This document shows, in pieces, positions 53,624 through 63,626 of a stretch of 64,000 nt of DNA (positions are counted from its first letter, which is position 1; every line of letters begins with the position of its first letter). Both the position numbers and the translations under genes were made by a program. The DNA is from Bacteroidota bacterium (GTDB taxonomy: Bacteria > Bacteroidota > Bacteroidia > J057 > JADKCL01), in contig JANPHP010000485.1 of the NCBI GenBank assembly GCA_031424495.1, positions 1,248 through 65,247 on the forward strand, written 5' to 3'. The notes below the pieces were generated by a model, which was not told where the DNA came from, did not search any database, and saw only the letters and a list, made by a program, of their open reading frames with translations.

Positions 53624-56038
53624 ATGAAAATTCAGTTTTTGCTGTTTCTAGTGGCATTGAGCTTTTTGGCTTGGGGTTGCAAATCCCATGATGATGCAAG
53701 TTCGCCCACCGTGTTTGAGCGGCCTGTGCCCGCAAGCATTGGCTTGTTTTCGCCCATCCAATTGGCGGCTGACACGACCCTTATTGTTTTGGAGGACTAT
53801 TTTCCCAACGGTGAATGGCCTGATTCCATCGCAATGAGTGATTTCTTGTCCTTCAAAGCCGATTCTGTGGCCGGGACGATCACGGTCACCAAAGCCACTG
53901 AAGGCCTGCCTTGGTTGTCGACCTTGGACCTGGGATTTGGTAAGCACCACTACAATATTTTGGTGCGCCGCTCGCGCGAAGCCGATGTTGTAATCGCTTT
54001 TGACCCCAAGGGCAAAACTTTTGAGAAGGTGCAAGTGGCTGGCGAAATCAATGGATGGAATCCGGAAAACGGGCCGATGACACTACAGGACGGCAAATGG
54101 CAAATCCCGATGCGCCTCAACCCTGGCCGCTATCAATATCAACTCGTGATCGATGGCAAATGGATGCTCGATCCAGCAAATCCCATCAAAGTATCCAATG
54201 GCATTGGCGGTGTGAACTCAGAGTTGGTGGTGGGCGAAGGATTGGGCCGCAGCGTGGAAAATGTGACCTTGCGCTGGGGAATCGGCAAAGCAGACGATGC
54301 GCTGATGATCCTGCCATTCGAGCTTGACACTGCGTTGCACCATTTTTCGGCAAGCAATGTCTTCGCATTTTGGGAAAATGAGCGCATTCAAGTGATCGAA
54401 TCAAAAGACTTTCGCGAAGCAAACAATATGATCCAAATTCCGGCTGCCACCAAGGACAAAAAGCGCAGTCACATTCGCATCTTCGCGCAGGGCGAGCGTT
54501 TTTGGACCAATGACTTGCTCATTCCCCTAGAAAATGGCAAGCCCGTGTTGAGCGCGCAAAATCTCTCGGATGCCGATCCTCACAAAAACATCATCTATTT
54601 TATGATGGTGGATCGTTTCAGCAATGGAGACAAATCCAATGATGCGCCACTCCACGACGCGCGCGTCGATTACAAGGCCGATTTTCACGGTGGCGACTTG
54701 GCTGGCATTGCACAACGTATCAAAGAAGGTTATTTCGATTCGCTCGGCGTGAACATGCTTTGGATTTCGCCGATTGTGCGTAATCCGGAAGGCGCCTACC
54801 AAGAATACCCAGAGCCACGGCGCTGGTTTTCAGGCTACCATGGCTATTGGCCCATTTCCAGCACCCACGTCGATCACCGATTTGGGACCGATCAGGAGCT
54901 GATCGACATGGTGAAAGAAGCACATGCGCACGGCATCAAAATCATCCTAGATTATGTCGCCAACCATTTGCATGAAGAGCACCCCATGATCAAGGCGCAT
55001 CCGGAATGGAAAACCGAACTCTATCTCAAAGACTCAGTGCTCAATGTGCGGCTCTGGGACACCCACCGCATCGGCACTTGGTTTGATACCTTCATGCCGA
55101 GCTTGGACTATTCCAAGCCCGAAGTCGTTGAATTTCAAAGTGATTCTGCTTTGTATTGGGTACAACATTTTGGCCTGGATGGTTTCAGGCAAGATGCCAC
55201 CAAGCATGTGCCGACTGAGTTTTGGCGCCGCCTCACACAAAAGCTCAAGACGCAATATATGATTCCTGAAAACAAGGAATTGTACCAAATCGGCGAAACA
55301 TTTGGCAGCCGTGAATTGATCGGAAGTTATGTTGGTTCGGGATTGTTAAGTGGTCAGTTTGACTTCAATTATTATTGGACGCTGAAAGGTGTGTTTTCCG
55401 GCGGCGAAAAGAACTTTGTGCGCTTGCCTGAGAGCATGGCAGCAAGCGAAACCGCTTATGGCAGCCACTCCCTCATGGGCAATATTACGGGCAACCATGA
55501 TATGCCGCGTTTCATCGCCTACGCAGGCGAAGCGATCAGCAACGATGAGGATCCAAAAGAAGCAGGATGGAACCGCGAGGTGAAGCTCAAAAACAAAGAC
55601 GGCTACAAACGCTTGCAAATGTTGCAAGCTTGGCTGCTCATGGGCCCAGGCATTCCAGTGATGTATTATGGTGATGAAATCGGCATGGTCGGCGCTGGAG
55701 ACCCTGACAATCGCAGAGATATGATCTTTTCAGGGCTATCGCCCGAGGAGCAGGAGACCAAAGCTATTGTGAGCAAACTCGCCCACCTTCGCCAAAACAG
55801 CATGGCCGTTTTGTATGGCACGACTGAAATATTTGTGCAAGGCAACCTCATTGCCATGCGGAGGCAATATGTCTCCAAGCCAATTTGGCTCGTCGTAAAC
55901 TTGGGCAAGACCGACGGCAAATTTACATTTCCGTCCACAAGTGACTTTGAGGCATCCACGCTGCTCTTTGGAAAAGGATTTGCTTTGGATGGCGGCGTCT
56001 TGGATCTGCCTGCTCTGAGTTTTGAGGTGGTGGAATAA
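53624..56038 (+). CDS. GH13 alpha-amylase-family glycoside hydrolase lipoprotein with N-terminal E-set/CBM48-like domain
   Basis: The ATG at 53624 gives MKIQFLLFLVALSFLAWGC. The CBM-like region is VQVAGEINGWNPENGPMTLQDGKWQ...YQYQLVIDGKWMLDPANP. GH13 regions are DYVANH, GFRQDATKHV, IGETFG and GNHDMPRF. Confidence 0.9.
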   Translation: MKIQFLLFLVALSFLAWGCKSHDDASSPTVFERPVPASIGLFSPIQLAADTTLIVLEDYFPNGEWPDSIAMSDFLSFKADSVAGTITVTKATEGLPWLSTLDLGFGKHHYNILVRRSREADVVIAFDPKGKTFEKVQVAGEINGWNPENGPMTLQDGKWQIPMRLNPGRYQYQLVIDGKWMLDPANPIKVSNGIGGVNSELVVGEGLGRSVENVTLRWGIGKADDALMILPFELDTALHHFSASNVFAFWENERIQVIESKDFREANNMIQIPAATKDKKRSHIRIFAQGERFWTNDLLIPLENGKPVLSAQNLSDADPHKNIIYFMMVDRFSNGDKSNDAPLHDARVDYKADFHGGDLAGIAQRIKEGYFDSLGVNMLWISPIVRNPEGAYQEYPEPRRWFSGYHGYWPISSTHVDHRFGTDQELIDMVKEAHAHGIKIILDYVANHLHEEHPMIKAHPEWKTELYLKDSVLNVRLWDTHRIGTWFDTFMPSLDYSKPEVVEFQSDSALYWVQHFGLDGFRQDATKHVPTEFWRRLTQKLKTQYMIPENKELYQIGETFGSRELIGSYVGSGLLSGQFDFNYYWTLKGVFSGGEKNFVRLPESMAASETAYGSHSLMGNITGNHDMPRFIAYAGEAISNDEDPKEAGWNREVKLKNKDGYKRLQMLQAWLLMGPGIPVMYYGDEIGMVGAGDPDNRRDMIFSGLSPEEQETKAIVSKLAHLRQNSMAVLYGTTEIFVQGNLIAMRRQYVSKPIWLVVNLGKTDGKFTFPSTSDFEASTLLFGKGFALDGGVLDLPALSFEVVE

Positions 56039-56081
56039 TTGATCGACGACGGCAAGCTAAGGCCGCACAATCGCGCTCACT

Positions 56082-56615
56082 ATGAATAGAAGAGACTTTT
56101 TCAAACTCGCAGGGCTAGGCGCTAGCGCCCTTTTCCTCACTCCAACGGTGGTGACTGCGGCTTGGACGGATGCTTGGCGGGCAGAAGACGCCGTGAAATT
56201 TGCGGTTGCGCAAGCGCAAACCCTCGGCGCCACCTACGCAGATGCACGCATCGGCCCCTGCGAGCTCACAGGGCACGGCGACGACTTTGCCCCGATTGGC
56301 CTACTTGATACCGACCTGCTGGGAATACGGGTGTGCACGCCACAAGGTTGGCGCAAACTGGTGATCCGAAAATTTGATCAAGCATCCATCAAAGAAAATC
56401 TTGCGCTTGCATTTGGCCCTGCATCCGACGCACATACAGAGCGGAAAAACTGGCTTACTGCCCAATTTTGCAAAGAAAAAGTTCTTGCACACCGCAGCAG
56501 CGACCCCACAACCGACACCCAGCTCAATATGGCCATGTTGCGCTACGGGCTACCCTTGCCTTCCCCTGAAAACGGTCCTCAAATCCTCTTTTGTGACATC
56601 CTCTTGCATCAATAA
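56082..56615 (+). CDS. Tat-signal protein, N-terminal TldD/PmbA-like segment, possibly truncated
   Basis: The twin-arginine leader is MNRRDFFKLAGLGASALFLTPTVVTA. The segment AVAQAQTLGATYADARI...LLGIRVCTPQGW resembles the start of Tat-exported TldD-like proteins as I remember them. The ORF is only 177 aa and ends 2 nt before the next gene. Confidence 0.45.
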   Translation: MNRRDFFKLAGLGASALFLTPTVVTAAWTDAWRAEDAVKFAVAQAQTLGATYADARIGPCELTGHGDDFAPIGLLDTDLLGIRVCTPQGWRKLVIRKFDQASIKENLALAFGPASDAHTERKNWLTAQFCKEKVLAHRSSDPTTDTQLNMAMLRYGLPLPSPENGPQILFCDILLHQ

Positions 56616-56617
56616 TC

Positions 56618-59305
56618 ATGGCTGAAAAAATCAATACGACGCTCAACGGGCTCGCGCAAACTTTTGAGGTTGGGATCGAAACCGCCGCCATATCGGTGAT
56701 CAGGGAGCAAGCGGGCCTCAAGGGCACCAAATTTGTCTGTGGATCAGGCACTTGCGGTGCCTGCACGGTGCTTGTAGATGGCGCGGCGCATTGCAGTTGC
56801 ATCATGCCTGCCCTGCACATGGAGGGCAAACAAATCATAACCATCGAGGGCCAAGCCAAGGGCGATTTGCACCCTGTGCAAAAGGCTTTTCTAGCTCACG
56901 ATGCCTTGCAATGTGGCTATTGCACACCAGGATTCATCAACGAGGGCATCGCATTCTACAACGAATGGCGCCAAAAAAATGATGATCCCGAAAACCCGAA
57001 ATCTCCATCTCGCGAAATTATCGCAGAAGCAATGGCGGGCCATTATTGTAGATGTGGTGCCTACCAAGGCATTTATGAAGCGATCATGGATGCCTGTTCG
57101 GGCAAATATGACGGCCCAGAGATGCCCGATTATTTGCGCAACGACGGCCCTGCCAAGGTCACGGGCGCAGCAAAATATACCACTGATATTGCGCTAGATG
57201 GCCAATTGGTCGGCGTCATTTTCCGCTCGACGATCCCGCATGGCAAGATCAAACGGCTGGACCTCAGTAAGGCGCAGGCGATGAACGGCGTCAAGGCGGT
57301 ATTGCGCTTGAAGGCGGATGACCATACGCATTACGAAGGTGAGCCGATCGCCGCACTTGCAGCTGTGGATCGCGCAACTGCGCATGCCGCAATGCAGGCC
57401 ATCGAGATCGAATATGAAGCATTGCCTTTCTTGACAGATATCAAGAGCGCGATGAAACCCGAAGCTATTTTGCTCACGCCGGAGGATCGTAAAACGGTTC
57501 CCACGGCCTCGGAAGCGCCACCATTTCCCGGCAAATGGGAAGGCAATGTACGCCAAACGACTTTGAGCATCTCGTCCTCCGAAAAGGCGAAAGCAAAACG
57601 AAAAATTGAAAATTCATCGCCTGAAAAAGCGACACATTTTGAAGCAACCTTTGTCACGCCGACACAATTTCACACGACGCTGGAGCCACATTGTGCCGTT
57701 GCGGATTGGAAACAAGACGGCACGCTGACGGTTTATGCCTCCACCCAAGGCGTCTATTTTCTTGCCAAGGATATTGCGGAGCGTTATGACTTGAAAGAAG
57801 ATCAAGTGCATGTCATCGCAGAGCATGTTGGAGGCGCATTTGGTTCCAAGTTGACCTTGCACACAGCGATCAAAACCGCAATTGAATTGTCGCGCGCAGC
57901 AAAGGCACCGGTTGCGGTGATCTATTCACGCGCAGAAGAATTCACGGAGGCGGGATATCGCCCCTCGGCAGAGATCGTCACCACGATCACAGCCGACCCC
58001 GATGGCGGCAACGCAGCCTATACCATGGCAGCGTATGGCAATTCGGGCTACGCCATAGGCTCCAATATTGCGGATATTTCGGGCCTCGGATACACGGGCA
58101 TTTCGAAGTCACTGGTGGATTATGATGTCTTGACTAATTTCCAGCCGGGGTCTGCATTCAGGGCACCCGGAGGTCCTGCGGCCTGTTTTGCGCTGGAGCA
58201 GGCCATCGACCAATTGGCGGTGCAGCTCAATCTGGACCCAATCGCATTTCGGAGGAAATGGGAGGAGCACCCTGGCTATATTGCGCTGTTTGATTGGGTG
58301 GAGAAATTGCCCCTCTGGAAAAAACGGCCCACCGTCCACACCAAAACAGATCGTTATCAGCGCGGTGTCGGCGTGGCTTTTGGCGGATGGATGCATATCT
58401 ACATGCCCTCAGTCGTCGTGGAGGTGGAGGCGAGCCCGGCGGGTATTACGGTGCGCAATGCCGTCCAAGACATGGGGCAAGGCGCACGCTCGGTATTGTC
58501 CAAGGCCGTCTCAGACGTCTTTGGCATTCCCGCCAAGGACATCAAAGTCGAGGCCGGCCACAGCACCTACACGATCGGGCCGTCATCAGGCGGCAGCCGC
58601 ACCACCGCTTCCATCTATCCCGCAGCCTTTGAGGCCGCCGAAAAACTGCAAGCATCCATCCTCAAGGAAGTCGTGAATAAATTGAGCTTGGCAGACGCCC
58701 AAATAGCGCCTGGAGGCATCGCGCATGCCGCTGGATTGCTCACTTGGCAAGAGGCCCTTAAGTATATTACGCTTTTGCAGGAAAAGGCTACGCGTGGCCA
58801 CAACGATGGATTCAATCCCATGGGAATGATCCCCTTGGGGCAAGGCATGGAACTCGGCCAAAAAAGATCGTATGGCGTCTATGTAATTGAGGTAATGGTC
58901 GATACATTGCTCGGAAAAACAACCGTAACGGAGGTGCAAGGCGCCATGCGCGTGGGCAAGGTACATGTGCGCCCACTTGCTGAGAGTCAATGCCAAGGCG
59001 GCGTAATCCAAGGCATCGGCCACGTATTGTATGAAGATCGCGCAATATGCCCGACCACGGGGCGCTTGCTCAGTCGCGGATTAGAGGACTATCGCCTTGC
59101 AGGTATGGGCGACATTCCGCCGATCCACATCGATTTCATCGAGGAGGGATTTGAAATGGTGAAGCAAAAAGGCGTGGGCTTGGCGGAATTGTGTACGATT
59201 CCAGTGGCTGGCGCGGTCGCGAACGCAATTTACAATGCGACCAATTACCGCCCATTGGTTGCGCCCATCATTCCACAGCGCCTTTTGGCAGGTCTCAAAG
59301 CATAA
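56618..59305 (+). CDS. xanthine dehydrogenase/aldehyde oxidase-family enzyme, fused [2Fe-2S] + molybdopterin-binding subunits
   Basis: The N-terminal ~160 aa carry both Fe-S motifs (CGSGTCGACTV...CSC and CGYCTPGF...CRCGAY). The Mo-binding part follows (GPAKVTGAAKYTTDI, IPHGKIKRLD, FRAPGGPAACFALEQ, GQGARSV, GVGLAELC). Confidence 0.9.
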   Translation: MAEKINTTLNGLAQTFEVGIETAAISVIREQAGLKGTKFVCGSGTCGACTVLVDGAAHCSCIMPALHMEGKQIITIEGQAKGDLHPVQKAFLAHDALQCGYCTPGFINEGIAFYNEWRQKNDDPENPKSPSREIIAEAMAGHYCRCGAYQGIYEAIMDACSGKYDGPEMPDYLRNDGPAKVTGAAKYTTDIALDGQLVGVIFRSTIPHGKIKRLDLSKAQAMNGVKAVLRLKADDHTHYEGEPIAALAAVDRATAHAAMQAIEIEYEALPFLTDIKSAMKPEAILLTPEDRKTVPTASEAPPFPGKWEGNVRQTTLSISSSEKAKAKRKIENSSPEKATHFEATFVTPTQFHTTLEPHCAVADWKQDGTLTVYASTQGVYFLAKDIAERYDLKEDQVHVIAEHVGGAFGSKLTLHTAIKTAIELSRAAKAPVAVIYSRAEEFTEAGYRPSAEIVTTITADPDGGNAAYTMAAYGNSGYAIGSNIADISGLGYTGISKSLVDYDVLTNFQPGSAFRAPGGPAACFALEQAIDQLAVQLNLDPIAFRRKWEEHPGYIALFDWVEKLPLWKKRPTVHTKTDRYQRGVGVAFGGWMHIYMPSVVVEVEASPAGITVRNAVQDMGQGARSVLSKAVSDVFGIPAKDIKVEAGHSTYTIGPSSGGSRTTASIYPAAFEAAEKLQASILKEVVNKLSLADAQIAPGGIAHAAGLLTWQEALKYITLLQEKATRGHNDGFNPMGMIPLGQGMELGQKRSYGVYVIEVMVDTLLGKTTVTEVQGAMRVGKVHVRPLAESQCQGGVIQGIGHVLYEDRAICPTTGRLLSRGLEDYRLAGMGDIPPIHIDFIEEGFEMVKQKGVGLAELCTIPVAGAVANAIYNATNYRPLVAPIIPQRLLAGLKA

Positions 59306-59322
59306 TATCGGGAGGAATAAAG

Positions 59323-60288
59323 ATGAGTACGATTGCAAAGACAATTTCAGCAGCGCAAAATTCCCAAGGCGAATACCGCGCAGGTGGCACCGACGTCATG
59401 GACCGCCATCGCCACCATGTCTCAACGGGCGAAGTCGTCGATATCTCCGGCATTCCCAATCTCTCCGAAATCGCAAAAGCGACTGACGGCAGCCATAGCA
59501 TCGGAGCCTTGGTCACCGTCGATGCGCTCGCGCACAGCATGCTGATTCAGAAGCATTACCCTGGCTTGGCGATGGCTGCAGGCGCACTTGCGAATCCGCA
59601 AATCAGGCGTGCTGCGAGCGTGGGCGGATCGTTGTTACAACGCAATCGTTGTTGGTACTATCGCCACGAAGATATTGCGTGTTTCAAAAAGGGCGGGAAT
59701 TCCTGCCCAATGCGGGAAGGCAACCATCAATTTGGCGTTTGTTTTGACCTCGGGCCCTGCGTTTCGCCGCATCCCAGCACTTTGGGTATGGTATTGCTCG
59801 CTTACGATGCACAAATCGAAATCGCAGACAAAGGCCTGCGCAATATTGCGGACCTGTATGGAGACGGCAAGGATGCCAAACACGACCACACGCTGGCGGA
59901 GGGCGAATTGTTGACACAAATCCATTTGCCTGATGTGCGCAAGGATGAATGGGCATTTTACTTTCGCAGCATCAGCCGTGCACATGCCGAATGGCCGCTC
60001 GTGGAGGCGTTTGCGCGCGGCTACAAGGGCGAAGGCGGCGTGATGGAGCAGGTCCGCGTCTCGGTCGGCGGCGTGGCCAATATCCCATTGCGATTACCCA
60101 AAGTCGAGGCTTTTCTGAATGGCAAAATCCCAAGCGCCGAAGTCTACAAAGAAGCGGGCCGCATCGCCGCCGTAGGCGCCCTCCCGCTGCCGGGCACGCA
60201 ATATAAGGTGGAGTTGCTGTCAGCAACGCTGGAAGAAACCTTGCGCAATGCATTCGGAGGCCTAGAAATCAGGCCCAAAGGCGACTAA
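59323..60288 (+). CDS. FAD-binding subunit of the molybdoenzyme (CoxM/XdhA-FAD-like)
   Basis: The ATG at 59323 is preceded by gggagga. Motifs are YRAGGTDVMDRHR, VVDISGIPNLSEI, ANPQIRRAASVGGSLLQRNRCWY and a C-terminal CO-dehydrogenase flavoprotein-like domain. Confidence 0.85.
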   Translation: MSTIAKTISAAQNSQGEYRAGGTDVMDRHRHHVSTGEVVDISGIPNLSEIAKATDGSHSIGALVTVDALAHSMLIQKHYPGLAMAAGALANPQIRRAASVGGSLLQRNRCWYYRHEDIACFKKGGNSCPMREGNHQFGVCFDLGPCVSPHPSTLGMVLLAYDAQIEIADKGLRNIADLYGDGKDAKHDHTLAEGELLTQIHLPDVRKDEWAFYFRSISRAHAEWPLVEAFARGYKGEGGVMEQVRVSVGGVANIPLRLPKVEAFLNGKIPSAEVYKEAGRIAAVGALPLPGTQYKVELLSATLEETLRNAFGGLEIRPKGD

Positions 60289-60300
60289 TCACCAGCATTT

Positions 60301-61377
60301 ATGGCCGCATCCCACAGTGAAATCCGCAATATACTCGCCGTGCTTGCAACGACGGCACAGCCGATGCAAGCGATGGCATTGGCGACGGTAGTCGATGTCG
60401 AGGGCTCCTCTTACCGTCGCACGGGTGCGCGCATGCTCATCCAAGACAACGGCCATTGGACGGGCACGATCAGCGGTGGCTGCTTGGAAGGCAATGCCTT
60501 GCGTCGCGCACGCGAGGTGATGCGCACCCAAATGCCACAATTGGCGGTCTACGACACGCGCAGCGATGAAAATGCCAAGGCATTGGGCGCAAGTCTCGGT
60601 TGCAATGGCATCATCCACGTTTGGATCGAGCCACTTACGGATATTGTGGTGGATGGATTGCGCTTGCTGGAAACGGCATTCAAGGGATCTGAAAGCGTCT
60701 GGTTTGCACGAAAATTGCAGCCGGGGGCTCAGAAAATATTTGCTATAGCTGGCGAGGATGATGCGCAATTGCCGAAGGAGGCTTCCTTGCGTGTCGAAGA
60801 AGGCCTGCAAACCATTTTGCTGGCCGATGGCGAGGTGCAGTTTGCGGTGGAAAATGTGCAACCGGCTTTGCGGTTGCTTATTTTTGGCGGTGGCGATGAT
60901 GCCCGTCCGCTCTGCCAATTGGCGGCGCAGATGGGTTGGCGGGTCACCGTGACCGACGATTGCAAAGCCAAGGCCCTGCCCTTGCGCTTTCCAGAGGCCG
61001 AGCACGTGCTGCAACTCGACCGCAATATTGCGACCGAGGCCCTGCAACCCAATGCTTTTACCGCCGCCGTGCTGCTCTCGCACAATTATGCTTATGATCA
61101 AGCGATTGTGACTGGCTTACTGCCATTTGCATTGCCCTATATCGGCATATTGGGGCCGCGCAAGCGCTTTGACCGAATGGACGCTGAGCTCGGCGGCATC
61201 TTGCGCGACCGCGCAGGTTTGCATGCACCCATCGGCTTGGACATTGGCGCGCAGACGCCTTTTGAGATCGCATTGGCGATCATCGCCGAGATCCAAGCTG
61301 TTTTCGCACAGCGCGACGCCGGATTTCTAAAATCCCGTGCAGGCTTTATTCACGAGCGCAAAGCGATGTTGTCATGA
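60301..61377 (+). CDS. XdhC/CoxI-family molybdoenzyme maturation protein
   Basis: The N-terminal XdhC domain reads ALATVVDVEGSSYRRTGARMLI...GTISGGCLE. The C-terminal Rossmann domain reads LLIFGGGDDARPL...YIGILGPRKR. Confidence 0.85.
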   Translation: MAASHSEIRNILAVLATTAQPMQAMALATVVDVEGSSYRRTGARMLIQDNGHWTGTISGGCLEGNALRRAREVMRTQMPQLAVYDTRSDENAKALGASLGCNGIIHVWIEPLTDIVVDGLRLLETAFKGSESVWFARKLQPGAQKIFAIAGEDDAQLPKEASLRVEEGLQTILLADGEVQFAVENVQPALRLLIFGGGDDARPLCQLAAQMGWRVTVTDDCKAKALPLRFPEAEHVLQLDRNIATEALQPNAFTAAVLLSHNYAYDQAIVTGLLPFALPYIGILGPRKRFDRMDAELGGILRDRAGLHAPIGLDIGAQTPFEIALAIIAEIQAVFAQRDAGFLKSRAGFIHERKAMLS

Positions 61378-61958
61378 ACAACAATATTGCCATCGTCTTG
61401 CTTGCCGCAGGCAGCAGTTCGCGGATGGGTTCACCCAAGCAACTCATCGATTTCCAAGGGAAAAAGCTGATCCAAATCGTCGTGGAGCGCCTATTGGCAT
61501 GCCGATGTTTCCCGACCGTCGTGGTCTTGGGGGCAAATGCCAAAAATATTGCGCCCTATTTGGACTATCCTGATTTGAACGTCATCGAAAATCCAAGTTG
61601 GTCCACCGGCATGGCGAGCAGCATCCGTTCTGGATTGGAATTTGTGGAAACGATGTTTCCCGAGGCAGGGCAAATCCTTTTTGCCTTGGTCGATCAGCCC
61701 TTTGTGGAGGCCGAGCATTATTATGTCTTGGTCGAGGCGGCAGAGCGGCATCCCGACAAGGTGATTGCCGCATTCTACGAGGGGCAAGCCGGCGCGCCGA
61801 TGCTTTTCCCGCGCAGGCACTACGCGCTGCTGTCTCGCCTCACAGGCGACCGCGGAGCAGGCGCAGCCGTGCGCAGCATGTCTGCCGAGGAGGTGGTGCA
61901 TGTGCCGCTGCCGACGGCGGCGGTGGACTGGGATTTTTTGGGGGATGTGGGGGGATAG
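61374..61958 (+). CDS. MobA/MocA-like nucleotidyltransferase (molybdenum cofactor cytidylyl/guanylyl-transferase)
   Basis: Motifs are IAIVLLAAGSSSRMGSPKQL and later LVDQPFV. An ATGA overlap joins it to the XdhC gene. Confidence 0.8.
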   Translation: MNNNIAIVLLAAGSSSRMGSPKQLIDFQGKKLIQIVVERLLACRCFPTVVVLGANAKNIAPYLDYPDLNVIENPSWSTGMASSIRSGLEFVETMFPEAGQILFALVDQPFVEAEHYYVLVEAAERHPDKVIAAFYEGQAGAPMLFPRRHYALLSRLTGDRGAGAAVRSMSAEEVVHVPLPTAAVDWDFLGDVGG

Positions 61959-61991
61959 GGATTTATGCTGACCTTCCTTCATGTAAAAACC

Positions 61992-62372
61992 CTACTCCTC
62001 CATCAAAGCCACCAAAATCTCCAGATTTGCATACTGTCCATGGACCGTTTTGGCGTCTTGGATTGTTTCAATGTCCGCAAGGACAGACTGTCCTGAAAAA
62101 AGCGAGGTTACTGGCATAAACAGGGTTTTCCAAACGCTGGGTTCAGATTCTTCATGTTGGATTACGAGAATTTGAGCGGCATAAGCTACAATCTCAGGTG
62201 CGGTGATATTGTCCCGGATGAAGGCTTTGAATTCTCTGGATGAAGATTCGAAATTGGCGTAGTCTTGGATTAAGCCGCTTGCAAATGCGATTCGCGCCTG
62301 TTGTTGCAAGTTGGCAATGCCTCTTTGCAACATGCGCTGCTGTTTTTCGAAGTCCATTGCGGGCTGTTCCAT
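61992..62372 (-). CDS. hypothetical 126-aa helical protein, paralog of 62408..62797
   Basis: EQPAMDFEKQQRMLQRGIANL...SSSREFKAFIRDNITAPEI aligns with the neighbour's QQPEMTLEKQRKMILRCIADL...TASERFKEFVREHITIPQI. No signal peptide. Confidence 0.6.
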   Translation of the reverse strand: MEQPAMDFEKQQRMLQRGIANLQQQARIAFASGLIQDYANFESSSREFKAFIRDNITAPEIVAYAAQILVIQHEESEPSVWKTLFMPVTSLFSGQSVLADIETIQDAKTVHGQYANLEILVALMEE

Positions 62373-62407
62373 GGCTAAAAAATTTGTTTTAATAGCTACT
62401 GTGTCGA

Positions 62408-62797
62408 TTACTCCATCTCCCGCACAAAACGCTTCATTTCTTGATAATGCGCGATCATCACATGGGCGGTCTTGATGGTCGTTGCATTAGGGCGGGATTC
62501 TTCTTTGCCGGCAAAGATGCTGTACATTGCACCAAATATGCCTGCGCGACCTCCTAAACCGCTTTCTGGCTGCTCTTCGATCGCGGGGATGTCTTCGATG
62601 GCTGCCTTGATCTGTGGGATGGTGATGTGTTCGCGCACAAATTCCTTGAATCGCTCCGAGGCGGTCTCCAATGCGTAGAAGTGCTGGACGTCTTGGTTGT
62701 TGAAGGCAAGGTGGGAGTTGTCTTCGAGGTCGGCGATGCAGCGCAAGATCATTTTGCGTTGCTTTTCGAGGGTCATTTCTGGTTGTTGCATTCCCAA
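62408..62797 (-). CDS. hypothetical 129-aa helical protein, paralog of 61992..62372
   Basis: Colinear similarity of roughly one third identity by eye to the downstream gene. No signal peptide or TM helix. Confidence 0.6.
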   Translation of the reverse strand: MGMQQPEMTLEKQRKMILRCIADLEDNSHLAFNNQDVQHFYALETASERFKEFVREHITIPQIKAAIEDIPAIEEQPESGLGGRAGIFGAMYSIFAGKEESRPNATTIKTAHVMIAHYQEMKRFVREME

Positions 62798-62891
62798 AAA
62801 TGCGCATTCACTTTCAATTTACCAAACGATGGCGCTACCCGCAATGCATTGAACAAAAGCCTACAAGATCGCATCAGCCCCCCTTGATGGA

Positions 62892-63626
62892 CTATTGATG
62901 ATCCCAACGCGCTTTGAAGCCGCGCACGTCGATGTGGATCACTGGCGAACCGGGATAACGACCGACGCCTCCCGCACGGCCTATGATTTTGGATTCGAGG
63001 ATTTCCAGCAGGGGCTTTTTGTCGACCTCGTCGACCTTGCCGTCGCGGTTCACGTCGCCGATGAGCAGGTCGATGGCCTCGCCCCACTGATGGCGGCTTT
63101 TCGGCGCGCCACCTGCACGCGCGTTCAGGCTCGGATGCCGAAAACCATAGTTGATCATGACTTGGTCGGTGTCGTAGTCATGCGCTTGCATCCATTGCAA
63201 AAGGTCGAGCAGCTTGTGCAATACCCGACGATCGATGCAGAAATAGGCCTGATCGTTGGCTTGCACCTGATTGTCCAAGTCCAGCACATAAGCGTCATGA
63301 GCCATGAAGTCGCGCAGCTTGAATCGACCGACGACATTTAGGTTCGCTTGCTCGCCCATGACGGCATACCACGTCTTTTTGGACAGGTCTTTGCGCCAAT
63401 GGCCCTCGATGCCTGCGGTCTGCAGGTACTGCGGATCCAAGTCGGCAAAGGGCACAATCCGCAACTGTGCCAACACGGAATCGAGCTGACTGTGACGGAT
63501 GACTGGCAGCTGCGTGTCGCGGTCGCAACTGCGGATGCCTGACTCAGGGGCGGAATTACATCCCCCTAAAATGAGCAATAGACTCCAAAGGAAGCCTTGA
63601 AAATGGATTTTGAGGGATGTCTTCAT
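62892..63626 (-). CDS. peptidase M15-like (YcbK/DUF882-type) lipoprotein
   Basis: The lipobox is LLLILGGCNS. The zinc-site pattern is GFRHPSLNARAGGAPKSRHQWGEAIDL...VIHIDVRG, matching the S.H..G.A.D...H.D layout of M15 D,D-/L,D-peptidases. Confidence 0.7.
   Translation of the reverse strand: MKTSLKIHFQGFLWSLLLILGGCNSAPESGIRSCDRDTQLPVIRHSQLDSVLAQLRIVPFADLDPQYLQTAGIEGHWRKDLSKKTWYAVMGEQANLNVVGRFKLRDFMAHDAYVLDLDNQVQANDQAYFCIDRRVLHKLLDLLQWMQAHDYDTDQVMINYGFRHPSLNARAGGAPKSRHQWGEAIDLLIGDVNRDGKVDEVDKKPLLEILESKIIGRAGGVGRYPGSPVIHIDVRGFKARWDHQ

Noticed and set aside
61992-63626. The M15-like lipoprotein plus tandem paralogs considered as a classical effector/immunity module
   Set aside because: The paralogs lack signal peptides or lipoboxes, so they would not reach the periplasm where an M15 peptidase acts. 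The lipoprotein looks like a housekeeping YcbK-type enzyme. The locus is kept only as an open question in the findings.
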